From an uncultured Methanoregulaceae archaeon (GTDB lineage Archaea; Halobacteriota; Methanomicrobia; Methanomicrobiales; Methanospirillaceae): a stretch of DNA of 64,000 bases. A program made the position numbers and the translations under genes. The notes under the pieces are model-generated. The model was given only the letters and a program-made list of their open reading frames with translations, searched no databases and was not told where the DNA came from. The stretch lies in the NCBI GenBank assembly GCA_963701095.1, contig OY969564.1, positions 256,001-320,000 of the forward strand, read 5' to 3'. Positions 53,532-64,000 of the stretch are shown in pieces. Position 1 is the first letter of the stretch. Each line of letters begins with the position of its first letter.

Positions 53532-56145
53532 CTAGACGCTTACGGTAGTTTTCTTCTCAATGGGTGTTTTCTTATCGATAAATGAGGAATACCTCCGATA
53601 GAACCACACTTTCCCGAGTTCTACAATCAGTACATACCCAACTACAAGGCATACCAATGCACCAAAGAACGCAGTAGGGGGCGTTACAAAGCCAAAGAAA
53701 GTGCCAAGGATGGTCAGGGGCAGGATACAACCCACTGCAGTTATCGTCCCAGCACATACCACAAGCTGCCAGGCTCGGTTTACTCTTGTAGAATGGTACT
53801 ACCCGGGTCCTGATGACAAATACAATCAGCGTCTGGGTACAGATCGATTCGATAAACCAGGAAGTCTGGAAAAGGGCTGGACTTGCATCGAAGATATACA
53901 GCAGAATGGCGAATGTGATAAAATCAAAGATCGAGCTGAGTGGTCCGAATAATATTGTGAAATCTTTGATGAACCTGATGTCCCAGGTCTTGGGCGTCTC
54001 CGTGTATGAGGGATCTACGTTATCTGATGGGATGGCCACTTGCGAAATACTGTACAACAGGTTGTTGAGTAGAATCTGGATGGGGAGCATGGGAAGAAAT
54101 GGGAGGAACAATGAGGCTCCGGCAACACTGAACATATTCCCGAAATTGGAGCTGGTATTCATCAGGATATACTTCATGGTATTCCCGACAGTCTTTCTCC
54201 CCTCTATGACCCCGTCATGAAGTATACGGAGATCGTTTTTTAACAGGATAATATCAGCGGATTCCTTTGCAATATCGACCGCATTTGCAACCGATATGCC
54301 GACATCTGCTTCCCTGATCGATGGAGCATCGTTGATCCCATCACCCATAAATCCGACAACATGGCCGTTGCGCTTGAGCGCGTTCATTACCCGGTTCTTC
54401 TGGACCGGTGTCATCCGTGAGAAAATGGTTACTCCATCTACAACCCGGGCAAGCGCCTCGAGATCGAGGTGTTCGATATCGGCGCCGGTCAGGACTCCTT
54501 TCACCGGAAGGCCGATCAGTTCGCAGGTTTTCCGGGTCACGAGCTCGTTGTCCCCGGTAAGTATCTTGAGCTCGATCCCGGATCGGGCAAGGAGCTCCAC
54601 CGATTCGCGTGTACTTTCTTTGGGAGGATCGATAAACGTGATAAGGCCGGACAAGACCATCTCTTTTTCATCAGCTACGGTAAATGCGGTCTGGGCAGTT
54701 TTCAGGAACCGGTAACATACCGCAAGTGTCCGAAACCCTTGTGTACTCTGGTCATGGTAAATCTGTTGAATACGGTTGCGAGCCTGATCATCGAGCGGCT
54801 GGATTTTGCCACCCCGATCCTCACTCGAACATATACTCAAAATCTCTTCCGGGGCTCCTTTGGAGATGATGAGCACGCCGTCTTTTGTTACCGCGACGAC
54901 GGATTCGCGCCTGCGAACAAAATCAAACGGGATCTCATCCATCTTGGAGCAATCGTTGATGTCGAGATGCCGGAATCGTAATACCGCCTCATCAAGAGGG
55001 CTTTTGAGCCCCGAACTGAAAATGCTGTTAATATAGGAATAATTGAGCACAGCCTCGCTGTCATTTCCTTCTGTATCAAGATGGTGTACAAGGGCAATCT
55101 GGTTCTCGGTCAGGGTACCGGTTTTGTCTGTACACAGAATATCCATACTCCCGAAGTTCTGGATTGATGCAGGGTGCTTGACAATAGCCCCCTTTTCTGA
55201 CATTGATATTGCCCCTTTCGAAAGGTTGAGGGAAAGAATCATGGGAAGAAGTTCGGGCACCATGCCCACAGCGAGTGCAACAGAAAACAGTAGTGAATCA
55301 AGAACGTCGTGTTTAAAAAGTGCATTAACAAAGAAAACAAAAACCACTAAGGCGAAGATAAATTGGGTCATTAAATAACTGAAATGTTTTAATCCCCGCT
55401 CAAATTCTGTTTCCGGGGGTCGAGCGACCAGGGTTTTAGCTACGCTGCCAAATTCCGTATCCGGCCCGGTCTTTGTCACTACAGCTGTCGCGGTTCCGCT
55501 GACGACCGATGTGCCAAGAAAGATATAATTCTCTGCTTCACTCAGGGCTTTTGCCGGATCTGAAAGCGTAGGTATCTTCTCAACAGGATATGGTTCACCC
55601 GTCAGGGCTGACTGGTTTACGAATAAATCCCTGCCAGTAAGCATCCGGGCGTCGGCTGGAACAATATCCCCGGCAGACAAAGAGATAATATCCCCGGGAA
55701 CCAGTTCGAAAATAGGCAGTTCCTGTTCCTTGCCGTCACGGAGAACTGTAGCTTTTGTGATAATTTTCTGCCTGAGCAGGTCAGCAGCATGCCCTGCTTT
55801 ATATTCCTGGAAAAAATCAAGGGTAACACTGATGAGGACGATGATGATGATTATAACGGCACTGATGACCCCACCGGTGAATGCGGAAATTACTGCTGCA
55901 AGGAGCAGGATGATAACCAGAAAATTTTTGAAATGATCCAGAAACTGAAGAATGATCGGTCGCTGGCGTATTCGGGCAACATCATTCGGGCCAAACTTTA
56001 CCAGACGTACTGAAGCTTCAGGAGAGGTGAGGCCCTGTCGTGTAGTCCCAAGAGCTGCCAAAACCTCCGTCTCTGTTGCTGAATGAAACGGGAAATTTAC
56101 GATTTTCGGGTCACGGGCCTGTGTATCTTTAGATTTTCCGATCAT
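53532..56145 (-). CDS. mgtA: Mg2+-importing P-type ATPase (MgtA/MgtB), frameshift near 53760
   Basis: PELLP, DKTGTLT, PFDFVRRR, GDGINDAP and SSNFGNMFS motifs. Confidence 0.92.
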
Positions 56146-56439
56146 ATCCGGTGGTTTCTCCTGTAGGGTAGGGTTACCTGTCGGAATTAAAGAGTCCTTC
56201 GGTCATTTATCATAAAATGGAGGTCGATAGATTATTCTGATTCAGAAATGTTTCATGTGGTTTTTTCTTTGGTTTGTCACAGCATTATACCTGTGAAAAA
56301 TTTCTTGTAGGTAACGATATGTTTTTCTGGTTTCGATGCATTCGTGAAATTTGTAGAAGGATCGGAAATGGAAGCAAAAACATCAGAACGCATATAAGGA
56401 CATTAAAGCAGTTATTACAGAGCAGCATGAGTGATGTAA

Positions 56440-57063
56440 ATGTATACAATTCTCGTAGTAGATGACAGCCTGTTTGTCGTTGATGTATTTGTTACCATGC
56501 TTGAACGGGGGGGATACAGCAGCTTTGCGGCGTATGGTGGTGAAGAATGCCTTGAAATTCTCAAGACCGTAAAACCGGATCTTATTCTTCTTGATATTAT
56601 GATGGAGCCAATGGACGGTTGGAAGACGTTAGAGAAAATCAAGGAAAACTCTACCACAAAAGATATTCCAGTACCCATGCTTACCGCAAAGCCGCTCACG
56701 CCAACTGAAGCCGAGAAATATGGAGCCCTTATCGAAGATTACGTCCTTAAACCTATCACCGACCGCGAGCTTTATGATGCTGTTGAACATGTCTTCGGCA
56801 GGCGGGAAACTATCAGGTCAGACATGGCCCGGGCCCGCCAGTCCGGGGTCGATTTTGATATTGTCAACGAATATGCCCTTCTTTCCACCAGCGTCGATGT
56901 AAATAAAAAACTGCTGAAAATTCTTGACACAACCTATAATGCTAAGAATGCGAAAGGCGCAACGAGCAGCAGTATCTCAAAGGCATTAAAAAATATTGGT
57001 GCTACCATCAAGTTCCAGGAGACCCGCCTCCAGGAGCTTAAAGAAGAAATAAAAATGACATAG
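56440..57063 (+). CDS. Response regulator, paralogue of 47222-47845
   Basis: VDDS, LLDIMMEPMDGW, MLTAK and IEDYVLKP motifs. Confidence 0.88.
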   Translation: MYTILVVDDSLFVVDVFVTMLERGGYSSFAAYGGEECLEILKTVKPDLILLDIMMEPMDGWKTLEKIKENSTTKDIPVPMLTAKPLTPTEAEKYGALIEDYVLKPITDRELYDAVEHVFGRRETIRSDMARARQSGVDFDIVNEYALLSTSVDVNKKLLKILDTTYNAKNAKGATSSSISKALKNIGATIKFQETRLQELKEEIKMT

Positions 57064-57251
57064 AACGGTTGCCAAATAGTCTTCCGGTTAACCTCATTGC
57101 TCGAATTTTGTTTCATGGTATGTGCATCAGAGAAAATTCCATTAAAAATAAGGCATATAATCCTTTCAATACAGCGGGCATTAAAAAGAAGTGCTAAAAT
57201 ATTGGAACCATTCTTTTAGTATCGATGGGAGTATAGGTACCTGAGCGGGAA

Positions 57252-58358
57252 TTGGTTATCATGTTTCGGGGCCCACGAGCTATTTTCAAACGGGATTTTA
57301 TAAAATTCTTAAACAGCCCGTTTATTATCTTCTCGTCGCTCCTCATCCCCGTTATGTATCTCGTCGTTTTTGGCAGCGCCCTCGGAGGGACCCTCACCCA
57401 TATCCCGGTCGGGGTCGTCCAGGAAGTCCCGCCGTATGCCGACACGCCGCTTTTTACCAATGCTTCATATCAGCTCAATCATATCAGTCAGGGTAGCGCG
57501 AATGACGCCGAAAAACAGCTTGACGTTACGGTTTACCCGGACGAAACACAGGCTTTACAGGATCTCAAAAACGGGAAGATTGCTGCCGTTATTGTATTTC
57601 CCTCGTCAGTGTCAAATGATAACACAGTCAGAATTTATGAAGACAGCTCGGATTCTGTTACGCCTCCCGTAATCGAAAATGGAGTAATGCAGGTTCTTCG
57701 CGAATTGGGAGCGAATATTTCGGTCTCTATCGACAAAATCTATGGGGATATTACCTACATCCAGTTTTTTGGCGTAGGGGTTATCATGATGGCCATCTTT
57801 ACTTCCACGTCCTTTGGAGGTGGCATAGCCCTTATAAAAGACCGTGAGAACGGCATCCACGAAGGCTATCTCGTTACGCCGGTGAAACGATCCAGTATTG
57901 TCCTTGGGATTATTTCCAGTGGCACTGTCCGGGCATTTATTGCGGGGTTTGTCATCTTTTGGATCGATTTGCTGGCGACCGGAATCACCCTTCAGAGTTT
58001 CCAGGATTTTGTACTTGTCCTTCTTGTGATCCTCATCGCGAGTGTTGGTGTGACTAGTTTTGTCGTCTCTTTTGCCACCAGGTTCTCGTCACAGCAGGAA
58101 TACGGGCCGGTTATAGCCTTTTTCAACCTTATCCTCTTTATGACCTCTGGCGCATTTTACCCGGTAATTGGCATGCCCGGGTGGCTTCGCTGGATCACGG
58201 TCATTAATCCGGAATATTATGGCATTCATGCCCTGAGAAGTATTATCCTGAAAAACCAGGGTCTCAACGTGATTGGTATCGACCTTGTTGCACTCATGAT
58301 TTTCTCATCGATAATGATTATTATCGGTATTACCACATTCAAGCGGACGCTCGAATAA
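57252..58358 (+). CDS. ABC-2 type exporter permease
   Basis: DRENGIHEGYLVTPV, SGAFYPV and INPEYYGIHALR motifs. Confidence 0.85.
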   Translation: MVIMFRGPRAIFKRDFIKFLNSPFIIFSSLLIPVMYLVVFGSALGGTLTHIPVGVVQEVPPYADTPLFTNASYQLNHISQGSANDAEKQLDVTVYPDETQALQDLKNGKIAAVIVFPSSVSNDNTVRIYEDSSDSVTPPVIENGVMQVLRELGANISVSIDKIYGDITYIQFFGVGVIMMAIFTSTSFGGGIALIKDRENGIHEGYLVTPVKRSSIVLGIISSGTVRAFIAGFVIFWIDLLATGITLQSFQDFVLVLLVILIASVGVTSFVVSFATRFSSQQEYGPVIAFFNLILFMTSGAFYPVIGMPGWLRWITVINPEYYGIHALRSIILKNQGLNVIGIDLVALMIFSSIMIIIGITTFKRTLE

Positions 58359-58376
58359 AATAGACTGGTCTTTGAA

Positions 58377-59066
58377 TTAGTCGTCGTGGCCGTGGAGAAT
58401 AATAAGTGTAATCGTGCGATCACTTCCTGCCTGCAACGCTTGATTTTTAAGAGCCTCGCAAGAAGTTTCTACATTCTCATCATTTATTTCCACAACCGAC
58501 TTGATTTCTTCCCGTTTAACGTAATCATACAATCCCGAGGAGCTAAGGACCATAAAAGAATTTAGGAGATTTACCCGGTGGAACTCCGAATCTTTGAGCA
58601 CGATCGGTTCACCCAACGTATGCGAAATAACCTTCTTTAATAATGAACCTGATTTCTCGGCAAAGGGTATTTCACGAGGGATAACAATGCCACTATCCGG
58701 AGAAATATAGTACACGCTTCCGTTTCCCGTATCAAGAATCGTGCAGTCCAGATTATCATCAACAAGACACGCACAGAGATCCGTCCCCAAACCGGCATGT
58801 AGTCTTTTTTGCCCATCTCTCTCACCGATTTTTAAATCCGCGTCTGCGACTGCTTTTACAAGAATTTCTGACGGGTCATGGGTATTGTTTTTTACGGTGT
58901 CCCGCAGGGAATTGATCGCAATTTCGCTTGCTTTACGTCCAATGCCTGAACGCCCACTGGCAACCGCAAAAACTTCATAGGATCCAATCCTCTCTGCACA
59001 GAAAGAATCGTCGTTTGTTTCCGAAACTCCCCTTTCAGATATTGCAAACGAGTGGATATGAGCCAT
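58377..59066 (-). CDS. PP2C-fold protein lacking catalytic aspartates (probable pseudophosphatase)
   Basis: PP2C layout with VASG, GNG, SSSGL and DRTIT in place of VADG, GDS, SDGL and DNIT. Confidence 0.65.
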   Translation of the reverse strand: MAHIHSFAISERGVSETNDDSFCAERIGSYEVFAVASGRSGIGRKASEIAINSLRDTVKNNTHDPSEILVKAVADADLKIGERDGQKRLHAGLGTDLCACLVDDNLDCTILDTGNGSVYYISPDSGIVIPREIPFAEKSGSLLKKVISHTLGEPIVLKDSEFHRVNLLNSFMVLSSSGLYDYVKREEIKSVVEINDENVETSCEALKNQALQAGSDRTITLIILHGHDD

Positions 59067-59129
59067 ATAGTTGCTTCAAACGGATTATTGAAGAATAAAT
59101 ATTTGGATACTGACAACATCCTGCATAAT

Positions 59130-59825
59130 ATGGACAGACCTAAATTATTGTCGACCAGTGCAGTGGCTGAGAATTACGCAGGGTATACGTACCACCTTGA
59201 CGGGGAACTGGTTCCTGCACTTACGGTTGAATTAAAACCGGGACAATCGATCTTCTTCGAGCATCACATTCTGTTGTGGAAGGATACGGGAATAGTGATA
59301 AGCGTTCGTCCTATGAAAGGTGCCATGAAACGGATGATTGCCGGGATGCAGATATTTGTGACCGATGCAACCGGACCGGGTCAAATTGCATTTAGCCGTG
59401 ACGGGCCCGGTCACGTTTTTGGTTTTCATATGAAACCCGGTCAGGAGATTGATGTTCGTGAACATCAATTCCTTGCCGCAACGTCAAATCTCGAGTACAG
59501 TTACATACGGGTAAAGGGGTTTGCAAATATGATGTTTGGTGGCACCGGGTTTTTCATTGATAAGTTCCGGTGTTTAACCAATGATGGGATTCTCTGGATG
59601 CACGGTTACGGAAACGTATTCGAAAAGGTACTAGGTCCGGGTGAACAAATTGATGTCGAACCCGGCGGATGGCTCTACAAAGACGCAAGTGTGTCAATGG
59701 AAACAAACATCCAGTCGATATCGACTGGTCTCCTCGCGAGCATGAACATTATTACGAATCGGTTCACTGGTCCGGGACGGATCGCATTGCAATCGATGTA
59801 TATACATTACGCGTCTGGGGAATAG
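59130..59825 (+). CDS. AIM24 / TRAP-like family protein
   Basis: GPGQIAF, HQFLAAT, GGTGFF and FTGPGRIALQS motifs. Confidence 0.85.
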   Translation: MDRPKLLSTSAVAENYAGYTYHLDGELVPALTVELKPGQSIFFEHHILLWKDTGIVISVRPMKGAMKRMIAGMQIFVTDATGPGQIAFSRDGPGHVFGFHMKPGQEIDVREHQFLAATSNLEYSYIRVKGFANMMFGGTGFFIDKFRCLTNDGILWMHGYGNVFEKVLGPGEQIDVEPGGWLYKDASVSMETNIQSISTGLLASMNIITNRFTGPGRIALQSMYIHYASGE

Positions 59826-59937
59826 ATGGATTTCTTTCTTTTTTGGTGATAAACAGTCCTTTAATTTGGTAACACATGGATAATTTTGAACCAACACAAA
59901 ATACTGATTGTTGTCATGAGAGCCCAAAACAGAAAGA

Positions 59938-59995
59938 TGCGAGGGATGGGATTCGAACCCAAGAACTCCTACGAGACTAGGCCCTCAACCTAGCG
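59938..59995 (-). tRNA. 3' portion of tRNA-Leu(GAG), acting as an att site (5' half absent)
   Basis: Minus strand CTAGG-TTGAGGG-CCTAG anticodon arm, long variable arm, GGGTTCGAATCCC T-arm and 3' CCCTCGCA; no D-arm or 5' acceptor strand upstream. Confidence 0.88.
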
Positions 59996-60036
59996 GTAAA
60001 CAAAGGCACTATATCTTATGATGCAGATTAAGAATC

Positions 60037-61152
60037 ATGGAAGATGTTTTGACAAAATACAAGCGGCTCGATCCGGTCAATCATCGGTATTTCGTTGATT
60101 ATCTACGGTACCTCCAGCTTCGTAACATCCGGGAAACGACGATCACAACGAAACTCTGGAAGATCTACGGATACCTGATCTGGTCAGACTTCCGGGATGC
60201 GAAGACAGCACAACCGCAGGATCTCGAAAACTTCTATCTTCAGCGGAGAAAGGAGCGATCACCCATCACGGCATTTGGCGATATCCAAGAGCTCGCCCTG
60301 TTCTTCCGTTGGTTACTCCCGGACCGTGAGCTTGTCAAGTTCAAACCACAGAAGCCCCGGACCGACCTCCCGCCGGAAAAGGTCTTACAATCTGATAATA
60401 TACGGGGAATACTGGAATACTGCGAGTCACAGCGGGATCGTGCCCTGGTTGCCGTGGCATGGGATAGTGCGGCCCGTATCTCGGAGCTGCTCGATACCAA
60501 TATCGGGCACGTTGCCTTTGACCGGTACGGAGCGGTAATAAGTGTGAGCGGTAAGACCGGACGCCGTAATATCCGGCTCGTGAGCTCAGTACCGGACCTT
60601 CAGGCATGGATCAATATCCATCCTCTCAAAAACAACCCGGACGCCCCCCTCTTCGTGACTTCCCGGAGGCGTGGGAATACTTCACTATCCCGGCTCACCG
60701 TGCGCCGGGTGCAAAACATCTTTGCCCGGCTGGGAGATCTTGCAGGTTGCCAAAAGGACACCAATCCCCACGCATTCCGGCACGGGCGTCTTACAATCCG
60801 GGGCAAGCAGCTTACCGAGTCCGAACTTCGGGAGTATGCCGGATGGTCCAAGGGATCGAGCATGGCACAGGTCTATGTGCACCTGTCCAGCCGGGATATC
60901 GACAATAAGATCCTGGCGGTGGATGGGATCAAGCCGGAAGAAGAACCGGAGGCGGACCCGATGGCAGCGCAGATATGCCCCCGATGCAAGAAATCAAACG
61001 CCCCGGATGCGATGTACTGCGACAGATGCAGCATGGCACTTAATGATGAAGCCATGAAAAATATCACTGTGCTCCAAAATATCAATGAGGATCCGGACGC
61101 TCATGCGGAGTACGCGGTATGGCTGAAGGCGCGAAAAGAGAAGATGGTTTAA
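60037..61152 (+). CDS. Tyrosine integrase with C-terminal Zn ribbon
   Basis: Catalytic R (ARISE), K (GKTG), HxxR (HAFRH), W (AGW) and Y (VYVHL); CPRC...CDRC. Confidence 0.93.
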   Translation: MEDVLTKYKRLDPVNHRYFVDYLRYLQLRNIRETTITTKLWKIYGYLIWSDFRDAKTAQPQDLENFYLQRRKERSPITAFGDIQELALFFRWLLPDRELVKFKPQKPRTDLPPEKVLQSDNIRGILEYCESQRDRALVAVAWDSAARISELLDTNIGHVAFDRYGAVISVSGKTGRRNIRLVSSVPDLQAWINIHPLKNNPDAPLFVTSRRRGNTSLSRLTVRRVQNIFARLGDLAGCQKDTNPHAFRHGRLTIRGKQLTESELREYAGWSKGSSMAQVYVHLSSRDIDNKILAVDGIKPEEEPEADPMAAQICPRCKKSNAPDAMYCDRCSMALNDEAMKNITVLQNINEDPDAHAEYAVWLKARKEKMV

Positions 61153-61419
61153 TTTCCCCCCGCGCATCCTCATTTTTTCTTAAAATCAAATACACCTTTT
61201 TGTAAAAATTCAAAGCGATTTTTCCGATTAAATCTCAGACCATTACAGAGTATTTTGTGTGGTTATTATCCTTGAATACCTTAAAGAAAATTCCAATTAT
61301 TATATTCTTTAAATCTTTAAAGGTAATTCTTGTAAAATTGGCTTAAATTTTAGAAATAAGCCCAAATATTGATTTTATTACCAAGAACGTTATATAGAAG
61401 AATTTTTGTATCTTTATTT

Positions 61420-61644
61420 ATGCAATCACCAACAGTAACAATACGGATTGATGCGGCCGCCCATGAAAGAGCTAGAAAAGCAGGACTATGCGTCAGTAAA
61501 ATTGCATCCCAAGCCCTAATTCGGGCAGCGGATACTCTTGAAGGAACGACAAGCAAAACCAAAGAACCCCGGGAGAGCCGCCAAGCATCACCCCGGGATA
61601 CCACTCCAAGAGGAGGGCAGGAAAATGTCAGTCCCTCAACTTGA
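61420..61644 (+). CDS. Ribbon-helix-helix (CopG/CcdA-like) DNA-binding protein
   Basis: VTIRID...ARKAGLCVSKIASQAL pattern. Confidence 0.55.
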   Translation: MQSPTVTIRIDAAAHERARKAGLCVSKIASQALIRAADTLEGTTSKTKEPRESRQASPRDTTPRGGQENVSPST

Positions 61645-61816
61645 TAAACCCGTTGTACCTGTACGGGTGCCTCGTGCGACAGTAGAGGCCTACCGGAAAA
61701 CAGAACCACTATTCACAGAGTTTCTTATTGAATCCGGGCGGGTTATCGTTCTAGAAAAAATGCCGAATTTGTCGGCGGGAGCGCAGGAGCATGGCATCAA
61801 ATCTTCTGCCGTCTGA
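61625..61816 (+). CDS. Small hypothetical protein of the element
   Basis: GGAGG upstream; overlaps neighbouring ORFs. Confidence 0.45.
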   Translation: MSVPQLDKPVVPVRVPRATVEAYRKTEPLFTEFLIESGRVIVLEKMPNLSAGAQEHGIKSSAV

Positions 61817-62021
61817 AATTCCCCAGGATCGAACTGACGTGTTGCACCTCTTACGGCAGCACGACGACGATATCGACGAGTTAAGCACGGACCAGCTCGC
61901 CGCCATTCGGAAAATTTACCGACTCGACGACCCTCGCACCATCACCGAACTTATCGCGGTAGGAGAGATCACTGTCAGTAAGAGGGATATCGAAGAAATT
62001 AAAGCGGGTGGGTTCGAATGA
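61791..62021 (+). CDS. Small hypothetical protein of the element
   Basis: AGGAG upstream; ATGA overlap with the next ORF. Confidence 0.5.
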   Translation: MASNLLPSEIPQDRTDVLHLLRQHDDDIDELSTDQLAAIRKIYRLDDPRTITELIAVGEITVSKRDIEEIKAGGFE

Positions 62022-62284
62022 CAAAAAAAACGGCTCTCCAAAAGATGTTTTTTCTTCACGATCAGGAATGGTACATCCGCTCCCGGTTGGATGGTGCTAT
62101 CATCTCCCCTTCTGCGAGAGGGTGGGCCGAACACAATCCGAAGCTATCTCACCGTATAAACCGGGTAATCCCGGCGGGCAAAATCACCGATGATGTTTGG
62201 ATCGATTTCGTCAAAACCGAGATCGATCAGGCAAAAAAGGAAAACCGCCGGCCCGCTCCATGGGCCGAGGGGTTGCTACAATGA
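62018..62284 (+). CDS. Small hypothetical protein of the element
   Basis: ATGA overlaps at both ends. Confidence 0.5.
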   Translation: MTKKTALQKMFFLHDQEWYIRSRLDGAIISPSARGWAEHNPKLSHRINRVIPAGKITDDVWIDFVKTEIDQAKKENRRPAPWAEGLLQ

Positions 62285-64000
62285 CAGCATCAGCACCGGC
62301 AGAACCCCAAGAGCATCCGGTACATCTTTGCTGCGATGATTATCCCGAGCCGGACGATCTCAAGAAGAAGGATCACATGGTCGGCAATGCTCTTGCCAAT
62401 GCCAAGACTTCCGAAGAGCTCGCCGCTGCGTTTAAAATGCGGCAGGATCAGGTTGCTGCCGAAGCCCCTACAGAGGCCTCAGAAGCCATGAAAACACCTA
62501 CCACGCCCGAACCCACTCCAATACCCAAGAAAGCCCCACAGAACGCGAATACGGCCATCCCTGTAGCACAAGAACCGCCCCGGGTACACCATGCGCCATT
62601 GCCGGCAACCCCGGCCAACATCTGGCAGTTTGATCCAGTCCATCATAGGCTTGTATTCACAGCAGCCGAGAAGGGAAGACAAGACCGTAAAAGCCTCCAG
62701 TGCAAGGAGTTTTCCCGATCGGATCTTGGCAACTCGCAACGATTTACCCTCCGGTTTAAAAGAGACGTTCGGTACAGCTTCCCTTTCAAGAGCTGGTTTA
62801 TCTGGGACGGCACCCGCTGGCAACAGGATAACCAGGGGCTGGTGTACGAGATCGGCAAGGAGGCCGTGTTTCGCCTTGGAGACGAGGCCCCACTCTACGA
62901 GTCTGAAGCAGAACGAACGGCAGCGTTTAAGTGGGCGGCAAGCAGTCAGAGTAAAAGCGCTATCGAAAACCTTGTTGCACTCTCTCGGTCATCGCTCCCG
63001 ATATCACCGGACGAACTCGACCGGGACCCGTACTTGTTCAATACCGTAAACGGCACTCTCAATTTGAAATCGATGGAATTCACAGGGCACCGGCAAGAAG
63101 ACTATATCACGAAAATGGCCGGGGGGGTCTATGTCCCTGAAGCCGAATGCCCTCTCTGGCAGGATCACCTTCAGCTTGTGTTCAGCAATGATGATGAATT
63201 CATCACCGGATTTCAGGAAATGTGCGGATATTCTCTTATTGCCGGCAACCCAGAGCAGATAATGTTTATTCTGCACGGGACGGGGAAGAACGGTAAAAGC
63301 GTTACCCTTGAAACGCTCTCTCGTGTGTGGGGGGAGTATGCGGTCAACATTGCACCGGAAAGCCTGATGCAGCGAAGGAATAACGAAGCCCCCCGGGGAG
63401 ATATTGCCCGGATCGCTGGCGCCCGGCTGATTACCTCATCTGAAGGTGAAGACGGCGCCCGGCTTGCTGAATCCATCATAAAGATGCTTACCGGCGGCGA
63501 CCGTGTAACCGTCCGGCGACTCTATGAAAAAGAGTTTGAGTTCATCCCCACCGGCAAAATCTGGTTAAGCACAAATCACAAGCCCGTGATATTTGGCACC
63601 GATGTTGCCATCTGGCGCCGTCTCTGGTTGGTCCCATTCAATGTCACGATCCCAGAAGAGCGGCGGGATACTCATATCTTGGAAAAGCTCGCGCTTGAAA
63701 GCCCGGGGATCCTGAACTGGTGCCTGGAAGGATTGGGAAGATATTTCACCAAGGGCAAACTTCTCAAACCGGCCCGGATCGCTGAAGCCTCCGAGACATA
63801 CCGGGATGAAAGCGATCTTCTAGGAGAGTTCCTCGCGGACCGGTGCATCATGCAGGGAGAGGTAGACAGGCGTGCATTGCTTGCTGAATACAAAAACTGG
63901 TGCAATGATGTTAATGAGAAACTCGTTACCAGCAAGCGTTTTGCCTCGCTCCTGCGGGACAGGGGAGTAACAGAACGCAAAGATCACGGTAACCGGTTAT
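62281..64000 (+). CDS. Phage/plasmid P4-family (D5-like) SF3 helicase, running off the window; not in the supplied ORF track
   Basis: Frame from ATG 62281; D5_N GNSQRF...WFIWDGTRW; Walker A GTGKNGKS (63277-63300); KMLTGGD...RRLYE; AIWRRL. Confidence 0.9.
   Translation, partial: MTASAPAEPQEHPVHLCCDDYPEPDDLKKKDHMVGNALANAKTSEELAAAFKMRQDQVAAEAPTEASEAMKTPTTPEPTPIPKKAPQNANTAIPVAQEPPRVHHAPLPATPANIWQFDPVHHRLVFTAAEKGRQDRKSLQCKEFSRSDLGNSQRFTLRFKRDVRYSFPFKSWFIWDGTRWQQDNQGLVYEIGKEAVFRLGDEAPLYESEAERTAAFKWAASSQSKSAIENLVALSRSSLPISPDELDRDPYLFNTVNGTLNLKSMEFTGHRQEDYITKMAGGVYVPEAECPLWQDHLQLVFSNDDEFITGFQEMCGYSLIAGNPEQIMFILHGTGKNGKSVTLETLSRVWGEYAVNIAPESLMQRRNNEAPRGDIARIAGARLITSSEGEDGARLAESIIKMLTGGDRVTVRRLYEKEFEFIPTGKIWLSTNHKPVIFGTDVAIWRRLWLVPFNVTIPEERRDTHILEKLALESPGILNWCLEGLGRYFTKGKLLKPARIAEASETYRDESDLLGEFLADRCIMQGEVDRRALLAEYKNWCNDVNEKLVTSKRFASLLRDRGVTERKDHGNRL

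Larger units (their letters stand above)
59938..64000. mobile_element. Left end of a tRNA-Leu-integrated element (provirus or integrative plasmid), continuing beyond the window
   Basis: tRNA 3' fragment 42 bp from a tyrosine integrase, then small overlapping ORFs and a D5/P4-type helicase. Confidence 0.88.

Noticed and set aside
56146..56400. Mg2+-sensing riboswitch or leader peptide upstream of mgtA
   Set aside because: No M-box-like pattern or Pro-rich leader ORF that I could support
59938..60030. Complete or intron-split tRNA-Leu gene
   Set aside because: No 5' acceptor strand or D-arm is adjacent and the integrase starts 42 bp away, so it is better explained as an att duplication

Overview
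Archaeal chromosomal segment, most consistent with a Methanomicrobiales methanogen (Methanoregula-like). This is inferred from arcTGT/ArcS, pelota, ABCE1, a type-A archaeal RNase P RNA and a nifHI1I2DKEN operon. From left to right it holds the end of a cheB-A-C-D operon, a ribosome rescue/quality-control cluster (ABCE1, EMC6-like-PKD, Rqc2/NFACT, pelota, FKBP), and a Mo-nitrogenase operon with an unusually long, structured 5' region. The nif operon runs into a GlnK-type PII gene and a membrane Ser/Thr kinase. These face a convergent operon (APC permease, PP2C phosphatase, two more PII genes) that carries a perfect NrpR-type operator. Next come a kdpC-kdpA fusion plus kdpB, a TerY-P (vWA/PP2C/kinase) triad with an extra HEAT-repeat gene, a three-gene membrane transhydrogenase, tRNA-modification genes, rnpB, a pentameric ligand-gated ion-channel homologue, transporters (MgtA, ABC, AI-2E) and a degenerate PP2C. 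The window ends in the left end of an element integrated at tRNA-Leu(GAG), with an integrase and a D5/P4-type helicase. About 14 genes are broken by small indels, which most likely reflects uncorrected long-read errors, so single-base conclusions need read-level confirmation. The best candidate for an undescribed system is the nif-linked PII / kinase / phosphatase / APC-permease (possibly Kdp-linked) module at about 21.9-32.6 kb. All assignments are by eye from motifs; no searches were run.
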